Notes: a model not told the origin generated them from the letters alone. DNA of 64,000 nt from Longimicrobiales bacterium (GCA_965238005.1 OZ250165.1:4576001-4640000), one strand, 5' to 3'; shown: positions 18,646 to 31,027, counted from the first letter of the stretch. Numbers and translations are program-made.

Positions 18646-19902
18646 GTGGCCAAGAAGAAGGCGACCATCCGAAAAGTTCCGTGCAGGGGGGTCTTATACG
18701 TCGTGGCCGAGGCCATGAAGCTCGGCTTCAGGAACGGCCACCCCGACTGGTCCAATCTGGGCCAGGGACAGCCGGAAGTCGGTCCCATCGAGGGAGCGCC
18801 AACTCGCCTCTCGTGGATAACCCTGGAGCCTCACGACCACGCCTACGGGCCCGTCGGGGGCATCGACGAGCTCCGGGAGGCCGTGGCTGAACACTACAAC
18901 CGCCTTTACCGAGAAGGGTCGGACTCCAGGTACAAGAAGCAGAACGTCAGCATCGCGTCCGGGGGGCGCCTTATCCTGTCGCGGATCTTTGCGGCCCTGG
19001 GCGAGGTCCCGCTGGGGTACCAGGTGCCCGACTACCCCGCGTACGAAGACATGCTGGACTATCACAGCTACCGCGTGAAGCCGGTAGCGGTGCCCACGGC
19101 CCCCAAAGACGACTTCGTCATTTCGTCGGAGCGCCTCGGCAAGGTGATGACCAGCGAAAAGCTCCAGGCCTTCCTCTTCAGCAACCCGTGCAACCCGACG
19201 GGGCAGTTGATCAGGGATGCCGAGCTGAAGGCGTACTTGAAGGTGGCTCGCAAGCACAAGTGCACCCTCATCCTCGACGAGTTCTACTCGCACTTCATCT
19301 ACGGCGACTCCGGGGAGCCGGGGGACGGGCCCGTCTCGGCAGCCCAGTACGTTCGCAACGTCGAGAAAGATTCTGTCCTGTTGGTGGACGGGCTCACCAA
19401 GAGCTTCCGGTATCCCGGTTGGCGGGTCGGCTGGGCGGTGGGACCGTCGGACGTCATCGAGAACATCACCCGGGCTGGCAGCGCCATCGACGGTGGACCG
19501 AGCCTCCCGGCCCAGCGGCTCGCTATCAAGGCTCTCGAGTCGGCGAGAGCCGACCAGGAGACTGAGGCGGTACGGAGCGTGTTCGCCCGGAAGCGGAACG
19601 TCATGCTCGAGGGGCTCCGCTCCATGGGTATCAAGTGCGAGCACGAGCCCTCGGGTACGTTCTATGTGTGGGCCGATATCGGGGGTCTACCCAAGCCTCT
19701 CAATGACGCCGAAGAGTTCTTCCGCGCGGCCCTGAAGAGGAAGGTCATGACGGTCCCGGGTCGATGGTTCGACGTGAACCCGGGAGGGGTCAAACCCCCG
19801 ATGAAGGATCTCAAGAAGTGGGTCCGATTCTCCTTCGGTCCACCGGAGGCCAAAGTTCGCATGGGGCTGGAGCGCGTCGAGGAGATGATCCGGGGCGACT
19901 GA
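18646..19902 (+). CDS. PLP-dependent aminotransferase class I/II
   Basis: NLGQGQPE, SNPCNPTG, LDEFY, GLTKSFRYPGWRVGW, VRFSF. Confidence 0.92.
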   Translation: MAKKKATIRKVPCRGVLYVVAEAMKLGFRNGHPDWSNLGQGQPEVGPIEGAPTRLSWITLEPHDHAYGPVGGIDELREAVAEHYNRLYREGSDSRYKKQNVSIASGGRLILSRIFAALGEVPLGYQVPDYPAYEDMLDYHSYRVKPVAVPTAPKDDFVISSERLGKVMTSEKLQAFLFSNPCNPTGQLIRDAELKAYLKVARKHKCTLILDEFYSHFIYGDSGEPGDGPVSAAQYVRNVEKDSVLLVDGLTKSFRYPGWRVGWAVGPSDVIENITRAGSAIDGGPSLPAQRLAIKALESARADQETEAVRSVFARKRNVMLEGLRSMGIKCEHEPSGTFYVWADIGGLPKPLNDAEEFFRAALKRKVMTVPGRWFDVNPGGVKPPMKDLKKWVRFSFGPPEAKVRMGLERVEEMIRGD

Positions 19903-19940
19903 GGGCGGGACAGCCCCGACACATCACACTCGGAGGATCC

Positions 19941-20960
19941 ATGGCGCACAAGCGCGGCGCCAGCTGGCGAGACGAGGCTGCTGCAGGTCTCATGGCAAAG
20001 ACGCTCTCCGGTCTCGACGTGGAGGGGGATCTCCTCGTCATGCTCGAGGGGCGGGAAGAGGTCACCGGCGCCGTTGTCGCTTCGGGCGGCAGGCCCCATT
20101 CATGGCACCGGCTGGCCCTGCGTGGCCGTGTTGCCTCGCCATGGCCTTCTGGAGGCCCTTACGCGGCAGCGACCCTCAGGCTCCCCAGGGCAAAGGAGGA
20201 GCTTGAGATGTCCGTCCACGCGGCCGCGGCCTCCCTTCACGTGGGTGCCCGGGTCTGGGTGTACGGGGCCAACGACGAGGGGGCCGGCTCCGCCGAAGGG
20301 CGGGTCCGGCAGGTGCTGGGCGCGGCCACGACTATCGCCACGGGAGGCCGCTGCAGGGTATTGGAGGCCACGCGTCCCGAGGAGGTCCCCGGGCTGCTGG
20401 GCACCCTCGAGGCGTGGCAGCGCTCCACTCCCCTGGACGTCGCCCATCTTCCGACCACCTGGATCTCCTATCCGGGCGTGTTCGCCCATGGCCGAGTGGA
20501 CGAGGGCACCCGGGCTCTCATGGATACGATTCCGTCGCTTGCCGCGAGAGCGAGAGTTCTCGATTTCGCCTGTGGATCGGGGCTCCTGGGTGCATGGGTC
20601 ACGGCACGGGAGCCCACCGTCTCCGTGGACTTTCTGGACGTCGACGCCGTAGCCCTGGAGGCGGTCGAGGCGAACGTACCCGGATCCCATAGAATCCTGT
20701 CTGATGGGCTCAGGGAGCTGGGGGATCAGCGCTACGACCTGATCGTCAGTAATCCGCCGTACCATGAAGGGAAGGGTGAGACGGAGCGGGTCCTGAAGGA
20801 GCTGGCGAGCGGCGCCCCGGCACATCTGACGGAGGGGGGCATGCTGCTGCTGGTGACCCAGCGCCGCCTTCCGGTTCAACGCCACCTGGAGGCGGTATTC
20901 GGCACCGTCCGGGCGATCCTCAATGAGGGGCCACATCGGGTCTGGCGCGCGGATCTGTAG
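19941..20960 (+). CDS. Class I SAM methyltransferase, RsmC/MTS-like
   Basis: ATG 19941 after GGAGG; PGVFAHGRVDEGT, VLDFACGSG, IVSNPPYH. Confidence 0.85.
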   Translation: MAHKRGASWRDEAAAGLMAKTLSGLDVEGDLLVMLEGREEVTGAVVASGGRPHSWHRLALRGRVASPWPSGGPYAAATLRLPRAKEELEMSVHAAAASLHVGARVWVYGANDEGAGSAEGRVRQVLGAATTIATGGRCRVLEATRPEEVPGLLGTLEAWQRSTPLDVAHLPTTWISYPGVFAHGRVDEGTRALMDTIPSLAARARVLDFACGSGLLGAWVTAREPTVSVDFLDVDAVALEAVEANVPGSHRILSDGLRELGDQRYDLIVSNPPYHEGKGETERVLKELASGAPAHLTEGGMLLLVTQRRLPVQRHLEAVFGTVRAILNEGPHRVWRADL

Positions 20961-20976
20961 CCCCCTCGGCGTGTGG

Positions 20977-21021
20977 CCGGAGGACGACGGTGCTCCGCCT
21001 GGGAAGAGCATCGTCATCCGG
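20977..21021 (+). terminator. GC-rich hairpin after the methyltransferase gene (no U-tract)
   Basis: CCGGA..GACGGTGCTC pairs with GAGCATCGTC.TCCGG. Confidence 0.35.
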
Positions 21022-21123
21022 GGAGCGGGCCGTTCTGCCGGTTGCTCGGCGGGGCGTAACTTTCACAGGCACGGTGGGTAGCTCCCAGCGTTCCCTACCG
21101 CCTGACAGACCTGCCACGCTCGC

Positions 21124-21153
21124 GTGGCCGTCTTCTACGTGGCCGTCTTCTAC
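21124..21153. repeat. Perfect 15-bp tandem duplication
   Basis: GTGGCCGTCTTCTAC x2, directly before the GGAGG RBS of the channel remnant. Confidence 0.85.
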
Positions 21154-21167
21154 AGGGAGGAGTCCGC

Positions 21168-21935
21168 TTGCCTTCGGGCGTCCGAGGCCGGCCGGCCCGC
21201 ATCACTCGATATCGCCGCCGACTGGTTCCCCGCCCTGTTCGTGCAGCGTGGTATCATGCGGCGGCCCTACTGCGGGAATTCCGCCTACCGATCTCCGGGT
21301 TCCTCTTCCTCACGGTGGTTGGCGGTTTCGCGTACGGGGAGCTGTACGAGGTGCTCAGGGGCGATGAGATGCCGCTCATCGACCGCCCCTACGTGATCGT
21401 CCAGCTCATGATCCTCGAGGCTCCAGAGGCGGTCCCCCCCGAGGCGGCTCTCGTGGCGTTCTGGTACGCCATGCCGGTGGCCTTCGTGCTGTTGGTCGCG
21501 TTGGGTGCCGCCGACTTCGTAAATCTTGTTTTCAATCGTGACGAGCAGAGAAACCCTTGGGCGGAGGCCTTGGCGTTGACGTATCGGAATCATGTGATCG
21601 TGTTTGGTGCGGGACACGTGGGTGAGCGCGTGATCCGCGACCTGGTGGACATGGGCCTCGATGTGGTGGCCATCGATCAGTCACCGATCGAGGGCGTGGA
21701 GTACTCCACCATCCGCCTCCCCGTGGCGGAAACCTCGTTTCTGGTGGGGCGGACGGTTGGAGACCTCCAGACGGACCAAGAGCTCGACATCGTCCTGGTG
21801 GAGCGGACCGGCGAGGTAAGTGTTCAGCCGTCTCGAGATCCCACGGTCCAAGCGGGGGACGATCTCGTGTTCTTCGCCCGGCACGACCGGGTGCTGGACG
21901 TGGTCTCGCGTAACGTCGCCGGGGCCGCGGGCTGA
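21168..21935 (+). pseudogene. Two-TM K+ channel-like/TrkA-RCK protein, RCK_N apparently deleted in frame
   Basis: Two TM helices. HVIVFGAGHVGERV...VVAID (first beta-alpha-beta of RCK_N only) joins directly to RCK_C (FLVGRTVGDL...VQAGDDLVF). Confidence 0.6.
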
Positions 21936-22023
21936 GGGCCTCCGCCACCTTGCGGAATCCCCGGGGTACCCCCATTCATGGTCGCTTGATTTTCCTCGTC
22001 CACCGTCCGAAGAGGGCCTGAGA

Positions 22024-23826
22024 GTGGAACCCACGGACGTCACCGAACCTCAGTATTACCACAAAGTCGTCGACTGCCAGTGGGCGTGTCCTGCCCATAC
22101 GCCCGTTCCAGAGTACATCCGGCTCATCGCCCAGGGGCGGTTCACTGAGTCGTATATGCTCAATCGCGAGTCGAACGTCTTCCCGGGGATCCTGGGGAGG
22201 ACGTGTGACCGCCCCTGCGAGCCCGCCTGCCGGCGGGTTCGGGTCGAGGACGAGCCTGTGGCCATCTGCCGGCTCAAGCGGGTGGCTGCCGACCTCAGGG
22301 GCGACGTGTCGGATCTTCTCCCCAAGGCCCCGACGGAGAAAAACGGGAAGCGGGTGGCGTTGATCGGTGCAGGCCCCGCCTCCCTGACCGTGGCCAACGA
22401 CCTCATGCAGCTGGGCTACGAGTGCGTCCTCTATGAGAGGATGGATCGTCCCGGCGGGCTCATGCGGACCAACATCCCGGCCTTCAGGCTCCCGGCACAG
22501 GTCCTCGACGAGGAGATTGACGCCATTCTGGACATGGGCGTCGAGGTCCACTACAGCCATCCGGTCGAGAGCCTGAAGCGCTTCCTGGACGAAGAGGACT
22601 TCGACGCCGTGTTCATCGGGACGGGAGCGCCCAAGGGCAAGGAGCTCCGCATCCCGGGGCGGGACGAGGCCGACGCCAAGATCCACATCGGCATCGAATG
22701 GCTCGAGTCGGTCCACTTTGGGCACGTGGAGTCCATCGGCGAACGCGTCCTGGTCATCGGCGTCGGCAATACAGCCATGGACTGTTGCCGCACCTCCAAG
22801 CGGATCGGCGGCAAGGACGTGAAGGTCATCGCCCGGAAGACCCGCCCCTACTTCAAGGCGTCTGCGTGGGAGCTCGAGGACGCCGAGGAAGAGGTGGTGG
22901 AGATCGTGGAGAACCACTCGCCGGGTCGCTTTCTCCTCGAGGACGGGCGCCTGGTGGGCATGGAGTTCGATGTCGTCGAGTGGCATCCGGACGAGACGGG
23001 TCGGCTGGTGGCTACGAAGCTCGATACCGCGGTCATTCCGTGTGACGACGTCATCCTCGCCATCGGCCAGGACAACGCCTTCCCCTGGATCGAGCGGGAC
23101 ATCGGCATCGAGTTCGGAGAGTGGGACATGCCAGTGGTGGACCGGACCACCTTCCAGACGACCCGTGACGGCGTCTTCGTCGGTGGGGACGCTGCGTGGG
23201 GCCCGGAGAACATCATCTGGGCTGTGGAGCACGGGCATCAAGCCGCCATTTCGATCCACAACCACTGCCGGGGTGTGCCCCCCACAGATCGACTCTCCTA
23301 TGGCATGAACCTCGTGTCCCAGAAAATGGGACTCCACTCCTGGAGCTACGGGAGCGACTACGACCCGGCCTTCCGCTCCAAGATGAACCACGTCGAGCTG
23401 GTGGAGCGCTTCAAGGCGCTGGAGGTCGAGGTCGAGCTGGGGTTCGATCCGGAGCAGACCGCCGTCGAGGTCGAGCGCTGTCTGAACTGTGACATTCAGA
23501 CCGACTTCACGCCGATCCTGTGCATCGAGTGTGACGCGTGCATCGACGTGTGCCCTGTCTATTGCCTCACCATCACCCACAATGGGACGGAGGATGATCT
23601 CAGGGCGCGCCTCACCGCCCCGGCCGACAACCTGGATCAGGATCTCTACGTTTCGGAGGCCCTCCCACAGACCGCTCGGGTCATGGTCAAGGACGAAGAC
23701 CTCTGTGTCCACTGCGGACTCTGCGCCGAGCGCTGCCCCACGGCCGCCTGGGACATGCGCAAGTTCGACCTACTCATCCCCTACGCCGGACGGCCGATTT
23801 GGACCGAGACTCTCGAGCCCGTATAA
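22024..23826 (+). CDS. GltD-like FAD/NAD(P)H oxidoreductase with C-terminal 2[4Fe-4S] domain (KorC-like)
   Basis: CQWACP, GRTCDRPCEPAC, IGAGPA, IGVGNTAMDC, RCLNC, CIECDACIDVCP, CVHCGLCAERCP. Confidence 0.88.
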   Translation: MEPTDVTEPQYYHKVVDCQWACPAHTPVPEYIRLIAQGRFTESYMLNRESNVFPGILGRTCDRPCEPACRRVRVEDEPVAICRLKRVAADLRGDVSDLLPKAPTEKNGKRVALIGAGPASLTVANDLMQLGYECVLYERMDRPGGLMRTNIPAFRLPAQVLDEEIDAILDMGVEVHYSHPVESLKRFLDEEDFDAVFIGTGAPKGKELRIPGRDEADAKIHIGIEWLESVHFGHVESIGERVLVIGVGNTAMDCCRTSKRIGGKDVKVIARKTRPYFKASAWELEDAEEEVVEIVENHSPGRFLLEDGRLVGMEFDVVEWHPDETGRLVATKLDTAVIPCDDVILAIGQDNAFPWIERDIGIEFGEWDMPVVDRTTFQTTRDGVFVGGDAAWGPENIIWAVEHGHQAAISIHNHCRGVPPTDRLSYGMNLVSQKMGLHSWSYGSDYDPAFRSKMNHVELVERFKALEVEVELGFDPEQTAVEVERCLNCDIQTDFTPILCIECDACIDVCPVYCLTITHNGTEDDLRARLTAPADNLDQDLYVSEALPQTARVMVKDEDLCVHCGLCAERCPTAAWDMRKFDLLIPYAGRPIWTETLEPV

Positions 23827-25622
23827 ACGACTTCGCTCTGAAGATCGCCACAGTCAACGGGACGGGCTCCGCCAGCGCCAACGGCCTGCTCATGCAGGCG
23901 GTGTTCCGCATGGGGGTCCCGGTTTCCGGGAAGAACGCGTTCCCGTCGAACATCCAGGGGCTTCCCACGTGGTACGAGATCCGGGTCAACAAGGACGGAT
24001 ACGGCGCCCGGGCGTCGCATTTTGACGTCATGGTCGCCATGAACCCCAAGACCCACGAGCAGGACATCGCCGAGGTGCGCTCGGGGGGATTCCTCCTCTA
24101 CGACTCGACGTGGCCCATGGACGAGGACTTGATGCGGGACGACGTCACCTGCCTGGGGGCGCCGCTGGCACGCATGTGCGTCGAGGCCTTCGAGGGTGCC
24201 AGAGAGCGCATCCTGATGACGAACATCGCGTACGTGGGTACGCTGGTTGCTCTCCTCGACATCGATCTGGACGCGGTCCACGGACTGCTCAGGGAGACGT
24301 TCGAGACGAAGCCCAAGCTCATGGCGTCGAACGAGGTCGCGATCCGCCTCGGCTACGAGTATGCGAAGGAGCACTTCGAGTGCCCGCTGCCCGTCCACGT
24401 GGAGTCCCTCGATCGCACCGGTGACTGTGTCCTCATGACGGGCAACGCGGCGGCGGCTCTGGGCTGCGTCTACGCCGGAGCGACGGTGGGGGCGTGGTAT
24501 CCCATCACGCCGGCCACGTCGGTCATGGACTCGTTCCAAGCCTTCTGCAGCCGCTTCCGCAAGGATCCCGAGACCGGGAAGAACCTCTATTGCATCATCC
24601 AGGCCGAGGACGAGCTGGCGGCCATCGGCATGGTGCTCGGGGCCTCGTGGATGGGGGCCAGGGCCTTCACGCCCACCAGTGGCGCGGGCCTCTCCCTCAT
24701 GAACGAGTTCATCGGCCTGGCCTATTACGCCGAGGTGCCTGCGGTGCTGTTCGACATCCAGCGCACGGGGCCCTCCACCGGCATGCCGACCCGGACCCAG
24801 CAGGGTGACTTCTTCACGGTCGTGTACGCGTCGCACGGCGATACCAAGCATATCGCTCTTTTCCCGGCCGAGCCTCGGGAGTGCTTCTACATGTCCGTCG
24901 AGGCGTTCGACCTCGCCGAGCGCTTCCAGACCCCCGTCTTCGTCGTCTCGGACCTCGACATCGGCATGAACGACTGGATGTGCGAGCGCCTGGAGTGGGA
25001 TGACGACTACGTGCCCGACAGGGGTAAGGTCCTGTCCGCTGAGGAGATCGAGGGCCTCGAGAAGTTCTACCGGTACATGGATGTGGACGGCGACGGCATC
25101 CCGTATCGCACCCTCCCGGGCGTGCACCCGGACGGGGCCTACTTCACCCGGGGATCGGGGCACGACCGATTCGGGCGCTATACGGAGGACGGCGACCTCT
25201 ACAAGGACGTGGTGGATCGCATCGCTATGAAGATCGATAGTGCGGCGGAGCGTGTCCCGGGCCCCGAGATCCGGCGGTCCGAAGGCGCGAGCGTCGGCAT
25301 CGTCACCGTCGGCAGCTGCTGGGGGCCGGTTCTGGAGGCCATCGATCGGTTGGACGAGGAGGGGGTGACCGTGGACTACATGCGGGTGCGGGCGTTCCCG
25401 TTCGCCGGGGCAATCCAGGAGTTCCTGGAGGCCCACGACACCAACGTGGTGGTCGAGCAGAATCGTGACGCGCAGCTTCTGCGCCTCCTCTCCCTGGAGA
25501 CGGGCGTCGCAAAGGACAGGCTCGTGTCCGTCCGAGACTACAGGGGCTTTCCCATGACCGCCCATTTCGTCCTGGACGGCGTCCGGAAGCAGCTGGGACT
25601 CGTACCGACGGAAGCGGGGTAA
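23799..25622 (+). CDS. korA: 2-oxoacid:acceptor oxidoreductase alpha subunit (gamma-alpha fusion)
   Basis: WYPITPAT, QAEDELAA, TSGAGLSLM, QRTGPSTGMPT. Confidence 0.9.
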   Translation: MDRDSRARINDFALKIATVNGTGSASANGLLMQAVFRMGVPVSGKNAFPSNIQGLPTWYEIRVNKDGYGARASHFDVMVAMNPKTHEQDIAEVRSGGFLLYDSTWPMDEDLMRDDVTCLGAPLARMCVEAFEGARERILMTNIAYVGTLVALLDIDLDAVHGLLRETFETKPKLMASNEVAIRLGYEYAKEHFECPLPVHVESLDRTGDCVLMTGNAAAALGCVYAGATVGAWYPITPATSVMDSFQAFCSRFRKDPETGKNLYCIIQAEDELAAIGMVLGASWMGARAFTPTSGAGLSLMNEFIGLAYYAEVPAVLFDIQRTGPSTGMPTRTQQGDFFTVVYASHGDTKHIALFPAEPRECFYMSVEAFDLAERFQTPVFVVSDLDIGMNDWMCERLEWDDDYVPDRGKVLSAEEIEGLEKFYRYMDVDGDGIPYRTLPGVHPDGAYFTRGSGHDRFGRYTEDGDLYKDVVDRIAMKIDSAAERVPGPEIRRSEGASVGIVTVGSCWGPVLEAIDRLDEEGVTVDYMRVRAFPFAGAIQEFLEAHDTNVVVEQNRDAQLLRLLSLETGVAKDRLVSVRDYRGFPMTAHFVLDGVRKQLGLVPTEAG

Positions 25623-25630
25623 GAGCCTTC

Positions 25631-26686
25631 ATGGCACAGACAGCGAAACCCGAAGTCCGCCATCCACGCTTCCGGAAGAATGCCCTGGGGCTCACGCAGC
25701 GGGACTACGAGGGCACCATGTCGACGCTCTGCGCCGGCTGCGGGCACGACTCGATCACCGCGGCCATCGTTCAGACGTTCTTCGAGCTGGAGATCCCGCC
25801 GTACAGGGTTGCCAAGCTCAGCGGCATCGGCTGCTCGTCCAAGACGCCGGCGTACTTCCTGAGCGAGGCGCACGGGTTCAACGCGGTGCATGGGCGCATG
25901 CCATCCATCGCCACGGGCGCGAACGCCGCCAACCGGGAGCTGGTCTACATTGGCATCTCCGGCGACGGAGACTCCCTCTCCATCGGGCTAGGTCAGCTCT
26001 GCCACGTGATCCGGCGCAACGTGGACATGCTGTACGTGCTGGAGAACAACGGTGTGTACGGCCTCACCAAGGGGCAGTTCTCCGCGTCGGCAGACGTGGG
26101 CACAAAGTCCAAGAGGGGAATGGAGAACCAGATGTCGCCAATCGATCCGGTGCCCTTTGCCCTCACCCTCGGCGCGACCTTCGTGGCGCGCAGCTTCTCG
26201 GGGGACAAGCCCCAGTTGGTCCCGCTTCTCAAGGCGGGTCTGAAGCACAAGGGCTTCGCCCTGGTGGACGTCATCTCGCCATGCGTGACGTTCAACGATC
26301 ACGAGGGCTCGACCAAGAGCTACGCCCACACCCGAGTCCACAACCACGAGGTGGTGGAGACGGACTTCGTTCCGCTCAGAAGCGAGATCAAGGCGGAGCA
26401 GTCCCAAGGTTCAGTCACGGCAGTCATGATGCACGACGGCAGCGTCGTCCAGTTCAGATCGGTGAGCGAGGGGTACGATCCCACCGACCGGGACGCGGCG
26501 TACCACCATGTACGGGAGCTTCAGAGCAGGGGTGAGGTTGCCACCGGACTCCTCTACATCGAGCCTTCGGGGCGGGACATGCACGCCTTCGAGGACACGG
26601 TGGACGAAGCGCTGGCTTCCGTGCCGTACGAGAAGCTGTGTCCCGGTAGTGAGGCGTTGGACGAACTCCAAAGACATTGGCGGTAA
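25631..26686 (+). CDS. korB: 2-oxoacid:ferredoxin oxidoreductase beta subunit
   Basis: LCAGCG, SGIGCSS, HGR, GDGD...NNGVYGLTKGQ, SPCVTFN. Confidence 0.92.
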   Translation: MAQTAKPEVRHPRFRKNALGLTQRDYEGTMSTLCAGCGHDSITAAIVQTFFELEIPPYRVAKLSGIGCSSKTPAYFLSEAHGFNAVHGRMPSIATGANAANRELVYIGISGDGDSLSIGLGQLCHVIRRNVDMLYVLENNGVYGLTKGQFSASADVGTKSKRGMENQMSPIDPVPFALTLGATFVARSFSGDKPQLVPLLKAGLKHKGFALVDVISPCVTFNDHEGSTKSYAHTRVHNHEVVETDFVPLRSEIKAEQSQGSVTAVMMHDGSVVQFRSVSEGYDPTDRDAAYHHVRELQSRGEVATGLLYIEPSGRDMHAFEDTVDEALASVPYEKLCPGSEALDELQRHWR

Positions 26687-27157
26687 GTGATGATTGAGGG
26701 GACGGGGAGACTGGAGGCCATCTGGCTCAAGGTGTCACGAGGCGGTCCAATGGACTCCGTGGATGAGGCAGTTGCCGTCGACGGTCGCGGCCTGGAAGAA
26801 AACGCCGACTTCGACAGCCGGCGCCACGTCACGCTCATAGAGGAGGAGGTCTTCGAGGGCCTCAAGAGCGAGCTGAGCGAAGACGTGGAGCCGAGCATGC
26901 GTCGCGCTAACTTCCTCCTGAGCGGGATTCGCCTGGAGGATACCGTCGACCGGGTCCTGGTTGTGGGCGATCTCCGTATCCGGATCAGGGGCGAGACCCG
27001 GCCCTGCATGATCATGGATCGGGCCTGCCCGGGCCTTAAGGACGCGCTTGCACCCGATTGGAGAGGCGGCGCCCACGGAAGCGTCTTGAACGATGCCACC
27101 GTGCGCATCGGTGATGAAGTCAGTTGGGAGAACGGTCTCGATCTTGTCGCCGGATGA
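26687..27157 (+). CDS. MOSC domain protein
   Basis: RRHVTL, RRANFLLSG, ETRPC, IGDEV. Confidence 0.8.
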   Translation: MMIEGTGRLEAIWLKVSRGGPMDSVDEAVAVDGRGLEENADFDSRRHVTLIEEEVFEGLKSELSEDVEPSMRRANFLLSGIRLEDTVDRVLVVGDLRIRIRGETRPCMIMDRACPGLKDALAPDWRGGAHGSVLNDATVRIGDEVSWENGLDLVAG

Positions 27158-27226
27158 CGCCCGAGAAGGAGGTGCCGAGGCAGGCTCGGGGGAGCGTTCC
27201 GTGAAGCCTCATCCTACGACACTCTC

Positions 27227-28009
27227 CTATCGGACCTCGACCCGACTTCGCGCCATTCCGCTGTTCGCCTTCCCGGTGTCCACCGCCAGAACCACCAGGT
27301 CGTATTGTCCCGCCTCGGATGCTGTGAGCGACCCTACATACGTGCTGCGCTCCCCGGCGTACCGGAGTGTCGCGTCGGCCACGATGGCGTCGCCGCGGAG
27401 GAGCCGTGCAGTGATGGACATCTGATCCGCGTCCCACATTCCGCCGGGCTCCGTCGGGCACCCGCAAAGCATCGTGACTTTGGCCCGCACCTCGAACGGC
27501 GATCCGGTGTTCGGGCGACCGTCGTCTCCGGGGCGCTCGATGACGACGGTGAAGCCGTAGAGGTTCAGGACTAAGCCCTCTCCCAGAAAGTCCTCTCCCG
27601 GAAGCATGAGGACCGTCTTGCTGGCCCGCCGTAGGGCCTGCTCGGTCCCGAGGGGACCCTCGGCCACCACCTCCACGAGCGTCGGCTCGTCGAGTGACAG
27701 GGTGGCGAGGAAGTGGGCCGCCCCATCGGTCCCGAAGACCTTGGATCCGCGCTTCCGGGGGGCGACCATGATCGAGTTCGTGTCCCCGGTGGAGCCCTTC
27801 TGCTCTCCTTCCGCGAGTACCTGTCCGGTCCGAGCGTCGCGGATAGTGATCCGTGCTCCACCAACTCCCGACCCGATCACCTTGGCGTCGTTTGCCACGG
27901 CCCTGACGAGCAGGCGGGTCGGAATTTGAGCAGCGAGGGGCCACGGCACTGCCATCGTCGCGGCTATCACGAGGAAGGCCCCCGCGAGGCCTAGGTGTTT
28001 CGTCCTCAT
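27227..28009 (-). CDS. Secreted hypothetical protein
   Basis: Signal peptide; DAKVIGSGVGGA; MLCGCPTEPGGMWD; beta-sandwich character; GGAG RBS. Confidence 0.7.
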   Translation of the reverse strand: MRTKHLGLAGAFLVIAATMAVPWPLAAQIPTRLLVRAVANDAKVIGSGVGGARITIRDARTGQVLAEGEQKGSTGDTNSIMVAPRKRGSKVFGTDGAAHFLATLSLDEPTLVEVVAEGPLGTEQALRRASKTVLMLPGEDFLGEGLVLNLYGFTVVIERPGDDGRPNTGSPFEVRAKVTMLCGCPTEPGGMWDADQMSITARLLRGDAIVADATLRYAGERSTYVGSLTASEAGQYDLVVLAVDTGKANSGMARSRVEVR

Positions 28010-28106
28010 TCCCGTACTCCTTTCATACCTTCTTCGGCCGGAATCGACCTACTCCAAGGACGCGAGCTCTCCATCGGCGACGGGCCGTGCGCCCGGTCGC
28101 CCGCCC

Positions 28107-30052
<1,946 letters not shown>

Positions 30053-30299
30053 TTTACGCCGAAAGATAATCGAGTTCAGCGCTCGCAGGCAATTCGACGC
30101 CCGCCGCGGCCGGCTCGCTCCGGCTCCGCTCGCTGTGTGGCGGCAAGTCCGGGGGCGCGGCGCTCCGGAAGGGAGTCAGCTCAGGGACGGGGGGGAGGGG
30201 ACGGTGGATCCCCTGTGGAGCCGCTCTCGGGGGGGGGTGGGAATCGGAGGGGCGTCGAGCAAGACGGTCCTCGTCCTCCGATTTCAAGGCGTTTGACCG

Positions 30300-30541
30300 G
30301 CGCCGCCCTGGAGGAGCTCGCCGAGGTGGAGCAGGCCCTGGTGACCAAGACGGAGGGCAGCTACCAGACACCCATGCTGGTCGATCAGCTGACGTACCTG
30401 TACGGGATGACGTCAGGGGCCGATCAGAGACCCGGCGGGGACGCCTACGAGCGACTGCACGTGCTGGAGCAGGAGCTGGAGAGCCATATCGAGACGCTAC
30501 AGCGCATCATGCAGACGATCATCGCTGAAGACCTCCAGTAG
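30300..30541 (+). pseudogene. Orphan C-terminal fragment resembling the helical tail of large VPS10/BNR-repeat glycosyl-hydrolase-like proteins
   Basis: SYQTPMLVDQLTYLYGMTSGADQRPGGDAYER; upstream DNA looks non-coding; no credible start. Confidence 0.55.
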
Positions 30542-30562
30542 CTGAAGACCGGTGGCCGAAGA

Positions 30563-31027
30563 CTACTGGGTCGCGAAGATGAAAGTGTAGGTCTCGCCCA
30601 GCTCGAACTTGGCGTTGTTCGGAATCAGGTCCATGAGGGCCACCCCGAGAGCCAGATCCGAGGTGGTGATGGAGATGCCGATGAGGCCCCGCACCGAGGG
30701 ATAGCCGGGCATCCCGCTGGGGAGGATCCAGTTCTCCCAATCGAGCTGGTACCGCTCGCGATCGAAGGAGAAGCCGCCCGGCAGCATATCGACCAACTCC
30801 GGGGGTACGACGCCTGCGTCGGTGTCGTTCGGCCAAGGGTTGTTCTCGATGGACAGGCGCGTCGCGGCTTCCTCCACGACGCTGAACGACGCCCTCACCT
30901 CAGTGGCCCGGGCCCTCGTGAGGACCTCCTGCATCTGCGGCATCGCGATGCGAGTCAGGACGCTCACGATCATCATGATCGTGACTGCTTCGACGATCGT
31001 GAAACCGCGCCGCCGCTTCGGGTCCAT
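30563..31027 (-). CDS. Type IV pilin/pseudopilin-like protein
   Basis: Class III signal RRRG|FTIVE plus hydrophobic helix to IAMP. Confidence 0.85.
   Translation of the reverse strand: MDPKRRRGFTIVEAVTIMMIVSVLTRIAMPQMQEVLTRARATEVRASFSVVEEAATRLSIENNPWPNDTDAGVVPPELVDMLPGGFSFDRERYQLDWENWILPSGMPGYPSVRGLIGISITTSDLALGVALMDLIPNNAKFELGETYTFIFATQ

Noticed and set aside
21976..25565. Long antisense ORFs (578 and 594 aa) and many similar ones, e.g. 50619-52139 and 39494-40957
   Set aside because: Shadow frames of well-supported genes in GC-rich DNA; no motifs
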